This document shows, one piece after another, positions 56,527-64,000 of a stretch of DNA of 64,000 nucleotides (within the stretch, counting starts at the first letter, position 1; each line of letters begins with the position of its first letter). The position numbers and the translations under genes are program-made. A model generated the notes under the pieces. It was not told the DNA's origin and did no database searches. It saw nothing but the letters and a program-made list of their open reading frames with translations. Source of the stretch: Heptranchias perlo (Eukaryota); NCBI RefSeq assembly GCF_035084215.1, contig NW_027138796.1:372001-436000 (forward strand), read 5' to 3'.

Positions 56527-57477
56527 ATGTCAGGACAGCCCAGCCCCGTGTTATGCTCTTCCTGCTCCATGTGGGAAATCAGGGACCCTTCCGGTGTCCC
56601 TGACGACCATGTGTGCGGGAAATGTATCCAGCTGCAGCTACTGACAAACCGCATTGTGGCACTGGAGCTGCGGATGGATTCATTATGGAGCATTCACGAT
56701 GCTGAGAACGTCGTGGATAGCACGTTTAGTGAGATGGTCACACCGCAGGTAAAGGTTGTACAGGCAGGAAGTAATTGGGTGACCACCAGGCAGAGTAAGA
56801 AGAGCAGGCAGGCAGTGCAGGGGTCCCCTGTGGCTGTTCCCCTCTCAAACAAATATACCGCTTTGGATATTGTTGAGGGGGATGACTTATCAGGGGTAGG
56901 CAGCAGCAGCCAACTTCCTGGCACCAGGGGTAGCTCTGCTGCACAGGCTGGGAGGAAAAAGAGTGGAAGAGCTATAGTGGTAGGGGATTCTATCGTAAGG
57001 GGAACAGACAGGCGTTTCTGTGGCCGTAAACGTGACTCCAGGATGGTTTGTTGCCTCCCTGGTGCCAGGGTCATGAATGTCACTGAGCGGCTACAGGGCA
57101 TTCTCAAGGGGGAGGGTGAGCAGGCAGAGGTCGTGGTCCACATTGGGACCAACGACATAGGTAGGAAGGGAGATGAGGTCCTGCATCAAGAATTTAGGGA
57201 GCTAGGTAGCAGATTAAAGGGCAGGACCTCAAAGGTTGTAATCTCTGGATTACTCCCGGTGCCACGGGCTAGTGAGTATAGAAATAGGAGGATAGAACAG
57301 ATGAATGCGTGGCTAAAGAGTTGGTGCAGGAGGGAGGGTTTCAGTTTCCTGGATCACTGGGCCTGCTTCTGGGGAAGGTGGGACTTGTACAAGTCGGACG
57401 GGTTGCACCTGAACCAGAGCGGGACAAATATCCTTGCGGGGAGGTTTGCTAGCACTGTTGGGGGGGGTTTAAACTAA
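56527..57477 (+). CDS. CR1 ORF1p: zinc finger, coiled coil and SGNH esterase (316 aa, intact)
   Basis: CSSC..CGKC, heptad region, GDSI, HIGTND and DGLH blocks. Confidence 0.9.
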   Translation: MSGQPSPVLCSSCSMWEIRDPSGVPDDHVCGKCIQLQLLTNRIVALELRMDSLWSIHDAENVVDSTFSEMVTPQVKVVQAGSNWVTTRQSKKSRQAVQGSPVAVPLSNKYTALDIVEGDDLSGVGSSSQLPGTRGSSAAQAGRKKSGRAIVVGDSIVRGTDRRFCGRKRDSRMVCCLPGARVMNVTERLQGILKGEGEQAEVVVHIGTNDIGRKGDEVLHQEFRELGSRLKGRTSKVVISGLLPVPRASEYRNRRIEQMNAWLKSWCRREGFSFLDHWACFWGRWDLYKSDGLHLNQSGTNILAGRFASTVGGGLN

Positions 57478-60394
57478 CTTGGCAGGGGGATGGGATACAG
57501 AGTGGAGCTACAATAGGGGGTGATGTGCAGCCAAATATAGAGAAAAAAACAAGTCAGCTTGGAAGACAGGGCAAATATGTAAGGGCAAGGCTGGATGGCA
57601 TCTATTTTAATGCAAGGAGTCTTGCGAATAAGGTGGATGAACTGAAGGTGTTGATAAACACATGGGAGTATGATATTGTTGCTGTCACAGAGACATGGTT
57701 GAGGGAGGGGCAAGACCGGCAGCTCAATATTCCGGGGTACAGAATCTTCAGGCGAGACAGAGGGGGAGGTATAAGAGGAGGGGGGGTCGCAATATTAATT
57801 AAAGAATCAATTACTGCCATAAGAAGGGATGATATATTAGCAGGTTCCTCTAATGAGGCCATATGGGTGGAGCTTAAAAACAAAAAGGGGGCAAGCACTT
57901 TGATGGGAGTGTACAATAGGCCCCCAAACAGTCAGGGGGAGATCGAGGAACAGATATGTCGGCAAATCTCAGAAAATTGTGCAAATAATAGGGTAATAAT
58001 CGTGGGGGATTTCAACTTCCCCAATATTAACTGGGATACTCAGAATGTAAAAGGCTTAGAGGGTACAAAATTCTTAACGTGCATCCAGGAGAGCTTTTTG
58101 AGCCAGCATGTAGAAAGTCCTACAAGAGAGGGGGCGGTACTGGACCTAATTCTAGGGAATGTGGCCGGCCAAGTGGAAGAAGTGCTAGTAGGTGAGCACT
58201 TTGGTGACAGTGACCATAATTCGGTGAGATTTAAGGTGGTCATGGAAAAGGACAGGGAGGGGCCGGAAATAAAGGTTCTAAATTGGGGGAAGGCCGATTT
58301 TAATAGGATAAGGCAGGATCTGGCCAAAATGGACTGGGATCAGCTGCTTGTAGGAAAATCCGCATCGGAGCAATGGGAGTCTTTCAGAAGGGAGATTGAG
58401 ACCATACAATGGCAACATGTTCCCGTAAAGGTCAAGGGTGGTTCCAAGAACTCCAGGGAACCTTGGATGTCAGGGGATATACGAGAATGGATTAGGAAAA
58501 AAAGGAGGGCTTTTGGCAGATACAAAAGGCTAAAGACGGAGGAAGCCCTAGAGGAGTACAAAAAGTGCAGGGGGATACTTAAAAAAGAAATTAGGAGATC
58601 AAGGAGGGGCATTGAAATAACACTGGCGAGCAAAATAAAGGAAAATCCTAAGATGTTTTATAAGTATATTAAGGGTAAGAGGATGACTAGGGAAAAAATA
58701 GGGCCCATTAGGGACAAAAATGGCAATCTGTGTGTGGAGCCGGCAGATGTAGGAGGGGTTCTAAATGAATTTTTTGCATCTGTTTTCACTATGGAGAAGG
58801 ACGATGTAGACATAGAAATACGGCTGGGGGACTGTGATATACTCGAACATATTAACATCGAGCGGGAGGAGGTATTGGCGGTTTTAGCAGGCCTAAAAAT
58901 GGATAAATCCCCAGGCCCGGACGAAATGTATCCCAGGCTACTGTGTGAGGCAAAGGAGGAGATTGCGGGGGCTCTGACACATATATTCAGAACCTCTCTG
59001 GCCACAGGGGATGTGCCAGAGGACTGGAGAACCGCTAATGTAATACCATTATTCAAGAAGGGGAGTAGGGAAAAACCGGGGAACTACAGGCCAGTGAGCC
59101 TAACATCAGTGGTAGGAATATTATTGGAAAAAATTCTGAAGGACAAAATTAGTCTCCACTTGGAGAAGCAAGGATTAATCAGGGATAGTCAACATGGCTT
59201 TGTCAAGGGAAGATCATGTCTGACTAATTTGATTGAATTTTTTGAGGGGGTGACTAGGCGTGTGGATGAGGGTAACGCAGTGGATGTGGTATACATGGAT
59301 TTCAGTAAGGCCTTCGATAAAGTCCCCCACAGGAGACTGGTCAAGAAGGTACGAGCCCATGGAATCCAGGGTGCCTTGGCACTTTGGATACAAAACTGGC
59401 TTAGTGGCAGAAGGCAGAGGGTGATGGTCGAAGGTTGTTTTTGTGACTGGAAGCCTGTGGCCAGTGGGTACCACAGGGATCGGTGCTGGGTCCCTTGCTG
59501 TTTGTGGTCTACATTAATGACTTGGATATGAATGTAAAAGGTATGATCAGTAAGTTCGCTGATGATACAAAGATTGGTAGGGTGGTAAATAGTGAGGAGG
59601 ATAGCCTCAGTCTGCAGGACGATATAGATGGGTTGGTCAGATGGGCGGAACAGTGGCAAATGGAATTTAACCCGGAAAAGTGCGAGGTGATGCACTTTGG
59701 AGGGACTAACAAGGCAAGGGAATACACAATGAATGGGAGGACCCTAGGCAAGACAGAGGGTCAGAGGGATCTTGGTGTGCAAGTTCACAGATCCCTGAAG
59801 GCGGCGGAACAGGTAGATAAGGTGGTAAAGAAGGCATATGGGATACTTGCCTTTATTAGCCGAGGCATAGAATATAAGAGCAAGGAGGTTATGATGGAGC
59901 TATATAAAACACTGGTTAGGCCACAGCTGGAGTACTGTGTGCAGTTCTGGTCGCCACACTACAGGAAGGATGTGATCGCTTTGGAGAGGGTGCAGAGGAG
60001 ATTCACCAGGATGTTACCAGGGCTGGAGCGCTTCAGCTATGAAGAGAGACTGGGAAGATTGGGTTTGTTTTCCTTGGAGCAGAGGAGGCTGAGGGGGGAC
60101 ATGATTGAGGTGTACAAAATTATGAGGGGCACAGATAGGATGGATACTAAGGAGCTTTTTCCCTTCGTTGAGGGTTCCATAACAAGGGGACATAGATTCA
60201 AGGTAAAAGGCGGGAGGTTTAGAGGGGATTTGAGAAAGAACTTTTTCACCCAGAGGGTGGTTGGAGTCTGGAACTCACTGCCTGAAAGGGTTGTGGAGGC
60301 AGGAACCCTCACAACATTCAAGAAGCATTTGGATGAGCACTTGAAATGCCATAGCATACAAGGCTATGGACCAAATGCTGGAATATGGGATTAG
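57474..60394 (+). CDS. CR1 ORF2p: APE endonuclease and reverse transcriptase, one 1-bp frameshift
   Basis: ORFs 57525-59531 and 59483-60394 (YFNARS, TETW, GDFN, SDH, DFSKAFD, FADD). One G is missing in the run at 59466-59468 within SGVPQGS. Confidence 0.88.
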
Positions 60395-61198
60395 AGTAGA
60401 CAGGGCTGATGGCCGGCGCGGACACGATGGGCCGAAGGGCCTCTATCCGTGCTGTATGACTCTATGACTCTATGACTCTATGAATCAGACCCCATCGATC
60501 AGACCTTCATCAATCAGACCCCCATCAATCAGACCCCCATCGATCGGACCCCCATCGATTAGAGCCCCATCAGTCAGACCCCCATCAGTCAGACCCCCAA
60601 CAATCAGACCCCCATCGATCAGACCCCCATCAATCAGACCCCCATCAATCAGACCTTCATCAATCAGACCCCCATCCATCAGACCCCCATCGATTAGAGC
60701 CCCATCACTCAGACCCCATCAACCTGACCCCATCAATCAGATTCCAGTCAATCAGATTCCCATCTATCAGACCCCATTAATCAGACCCCATCGATCAGAC
60801 CCCCATCGGTCAGACCCCATCAATCTCACCCCATCAATCAGGCCCCAACCAACCTGACCCCATCAGTCAGACCCCATCTATCTGACTCCAATCGATCAGA
60901 CCCCATCCATTCTGGGTTCAGTGATCCTCTTCTAACTTCTAACGTCTTCTTTTACACGTGTTTCTCAATCCCTTGTCGTGTATTTGTGGCTTTTAAATTG
61001 ACACAATTTCAAAATCATTCAAAAATATTTATTTTCTTAAATATAATCTGTAACAACAATGTGAATTAAAGTCAAACCCCTTTTACTTTCTAAATAAATG
61101 CCATTTTGTAACATAAATGTGAAATTAAGTTAAACTTTTTACATTCTAAATTAATAAGTCATTTTGTAAACACTTTTTACTTTTTAAATGAATAAATC

Positions 61199-62657
61199 TT
61201 ATTCTTCCTCCTCCGCCTTTCTGTCCAGCGCAGAAGAATCGACGGCCACCTCTTCGTAATCCTTCTCGAGTGAGGCCAGGTCCTCCCGTGCGTCCTGGAA
61301 CTCCCCTTCCTCCAGCCCCTCCCCCACGTACCAGTGGACAAAGGCCCGCTTGGCGTACATCTTATCGAATTTGAGGTTGAGGCGGGTCCAAGCCAAGGAA
61401 ATGGCGGTGGTGTTGCTCAGCATACAGAGGGCACGCTGCACCTTTGCCAGATCGCCCCCTGGCACCACCGTCGGGGGCTGGTAGTTGATGCCAACCTGTG
61501 GGAAAAGAAAATTCTTCAGATTTCAGTTGCACAGAATGGAGCTTCAAAATCAGAGCTGTTGGGAACCACTTAACGATCAGAAAGATAAATTTTTGAATCA
61601 GTGTGTGTCTTTGTACAAGAACCCAGCTCTGGTTATTCACTGGGCTCTTCCCCCAGTTTTCGAGCCTCAGTTTCTGATGGATGGATGCTGTGCAATGAGG
61701 CCAGATTCCGGGGCTAATTCCTTTCTTTAGTTCATCTTTTCCAATGAGGCCTTGATTTTTCAGGAAGCCTTTTCCTTGTTCGAGCAAGGATTTCTCCTTG
61801 GACATTCAGGGCAAAAATCAATGATTAGAGCCTCAGAGGGAGCTATTGTTTGGGCCAGGAATGGGGGACAGCTTTTGACCCAGACTGAACAGACGTATTG
61901 TTCACGTGGGATATGAGATTGTCAGAATCCATGTTTCCCCAGAGCCCCATGGATTGAACACAAAACCCACACTTACCTTGAACCCGGTCGGGCACCAATC
62001 AACAAACTGGATCGAGCGCTTGGTTTTGATGGTGGCGATGGAGGCGTTGACATCCTTTGGCACGACATCTCCTCGGTACAGCATGCAGCACGCCATGTAC
62101 TTGCCCTGGCGGGGGTCGCACTTCACCATCTGATTGGCTGGTTCAAAGCAGGCGTTGGTGATCTCTGACACAGATATTTGCTCGTGGTAAGCCTTCTCGG
62201 CCGAAATAAGGGGGGAGTAGGTTAATAATGGGAAGTGAATGCGGGGATAAGGGACCAGGTTGGTTTGGAACTCAGTCAGGTCCACATTGAGGGCACCGTC
62301 GAACCGTAGTGACGCCGTGATGGATGACACCAACTGTCCAATGAGACGGTTGAGGTTGGTGTACGTTGGACGCTCAATGTCAAGGTTACGCCGACATATA
62401 TCATAAAGGGCCTCGTTGTCGACCATGAAGCCACAGTCAGAGTGCTCGAGGGTGCAGTGGGTGACGAGCACGGAGTTGTACGGTTCGACCACCGCAGTGG
62501 AAATCTGCGGCGCAGGGTAAATGGAAAACTCCAGTTTGGATTTCTTGCCGTAGTCGACAGATAGTCTCTCCATCAGGAGGGATGTAAAACCCGAGCCGGT
62601 CCCACCCCCGAAACTGTGGAAAATGAGGAAACCCTGGAGTCCCGTGCACTGGTCAGC
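61199..62657 (-). CDS. TUBA: Alpha-tubulin copy 5, exons 4-5 only (5' part beyond window)
   Basis: Exon 4 62657-61977 and exon 5 61495-61199, canonical splice sites; variant residues FSIY and THCT. Confidence 0.9.
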
Positions 62658-62760
62658 CTGTGGGCAAAGAAGGTACAAAACATTAAAAGGGAGCAGGAAA
62701 TGGAATCTATCGTCAAAGGACAGTGAACACAGGACAGGAGCAAAGATACTGACCGTCCCT

Positions 62761-64000
62761 GGTGGGACAGGGCAGTGGGAGCTGGGGAGATGGGGAGAAG
62801 GGAGATGGGGAGAAGGGACAGTGGGAGATGGGGAGAAGGGGCAGTGGGAGATGGGGAGAAGGGACAGTGGGAGATGGGGAGAAGGGGCAGTGGGAGATGG
62901 GGAGAAGTGGCAGTGGGAGATGGGGAGAAGTGGCAGTGGGAGATGGGGAGAAGGGGCAGTGGGAGATGGGGAGAAGTGGCAGTGGGAGATGGGGAGAAGG
63001 GGCAGTGGGAGCTGGGGAGAAGGGGCAGTGGGAGATGGGGAGAAGGGGCAGTGGGAGATGTGGAGAAGTGGCAGTGGGAGATGGGGAGAAGTGGCAGTGG
63101 GAGATGGTGAGAAGGGGCAGTGGGAGATGTGGAGAAGTGGCAGTGGGAGATAGGGAGAAGTGGCAGTGGGAGATGGGGAGAAGGGGCAGTGGGAGATAGG
63201 GAGAAGTGGCAGTGGGAGATGGGGAGAAGGGGCAGTGGGAGATGGGGAGAAGGGGCAGTGGGAGATGGTGAGAAGGGGCAGTGGGAGATGGGGAGAAGTG
63301 GCAGTGGGAGATGGGGAGAAGGGGCAGTGGGAGATAGGGAGAAGTGGCAGTGGGAGATGGGGAGAAGGGGCCGTGGGAGATAGGGAGAAGTGGCAGTGGG
63401 AGATGGGGAGAAGGGGCAGTGGGAGATAGGGAGAAGTGGCAGTGGGAGATGGGGAGAAGTGGCAGTGGGAGATGGGGAGAAGGGGCAGTGGGAGATAGGG
63501 AGAAGGGGCAGTGGGAGATAGGGAGAAGTGGCAGTGGGAGATGGGGAGAAGGGGCAGTGGGAGATAGGGAGAAGTGGCAGTGGGAGATGGGGAGAAGGGG
63601 CAGTGGGAGATGGTGAGAAGGGGCAGTGGGAGCTGGGGAGAAGGGGCAGTGGGAGATAGGGAGAAGGGACAGTGGAAGATGGGGAGAAGGGGCATTGGGA
63701 GATGGTGAGAAGTGGCAGTGGGAGATGGTGAGAAGGGGCAGTGGGAGATGGTGAGAAGGGGCAGTGGGAGATAGGGAGAAGGGACAGTGGGAGATGGGGA
63801 GAAGGGGCAGTGGGAGATGGTGAGAAGGGGCAGTGGGAGATGGGGAGAAGTGGCAGTGGGAGATGGTGAGAAGGGGCAGTGGGAGATGGTGAGAAGGGGC
63901 AGTGGGAGATAGGGAGAAGGGACAGTGGGAGATGGGGAGAAGGGGCAGTGGGAGATGGTGAGAAGAGAGTGGGAGATGGGGAGAAGGGGCAGTGGGAGAT
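62761..64000. repeat. Expanded 23-bp minisatellite GGGAGATGGGGAGAAGGGGCAGT in intron 3 of copy 5
   Basis: More than 1.2 kb of homogeneous tandem units running off the window. Confidence 0.95.

Larger units (their letters stand above)
55818..60482 (+). mobile_element. Young full-length CR1 LINE with target-site duplication
   Basis: TSD AATCAGACC at 55809-55817 and 60483-60491; (TATGACTC)n tail; empty site visible in the paralogous units near 27083 and 41620. Confidence 0.96.

Noticed and set aside
61902-63695. 597-aa ORF with a Pro/His/Cys-rich extension fused to tubulin (also 333-aa versions)
   Set aside because: Read-through of intron-3 repeat into exon 4; a canonical acceptor sits at the conserved alpha-tubulin intron position.

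Overview
Eukaryotic (vertebrate) genomic DNA; the repeat content is suggestive of a cartilaginous fish, which is inference only. The window is a head-to-tail tandem array of a divergent 5-exon alpha-tubulin gene on the minus strand (coding exons 3/223/149/681/297 bp, 450 aa). It holds four complete copies, a fifth cut by the window edge, and a deleted remnant of a sixth; stop codons lie at 1690, 13478, 27799, 42336 and 61199. The protein keeps MREC, K40, GGGTGSG and E254, but has a remodelled H11 helix and a Tyr-less C-terminal tail ([13 protein letters not shown]). Copy 1 has a broken intron-4 donor (GG). Each complete copy has a TATA/GC/CCAAT promoter abutting a 29-bp G/C-skewed minisatellite, plus intronic VNTRs and CR1 LINEs. 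A young, nearly intact 4.7-kb CR1 (55818-60482) has a U_UUA_AAC -1 slippery site at its ORF1/ORF2 junction that is conserved in an older CR1 family. A young Penelope element carries an intact minimal hammerhead ribozyme.
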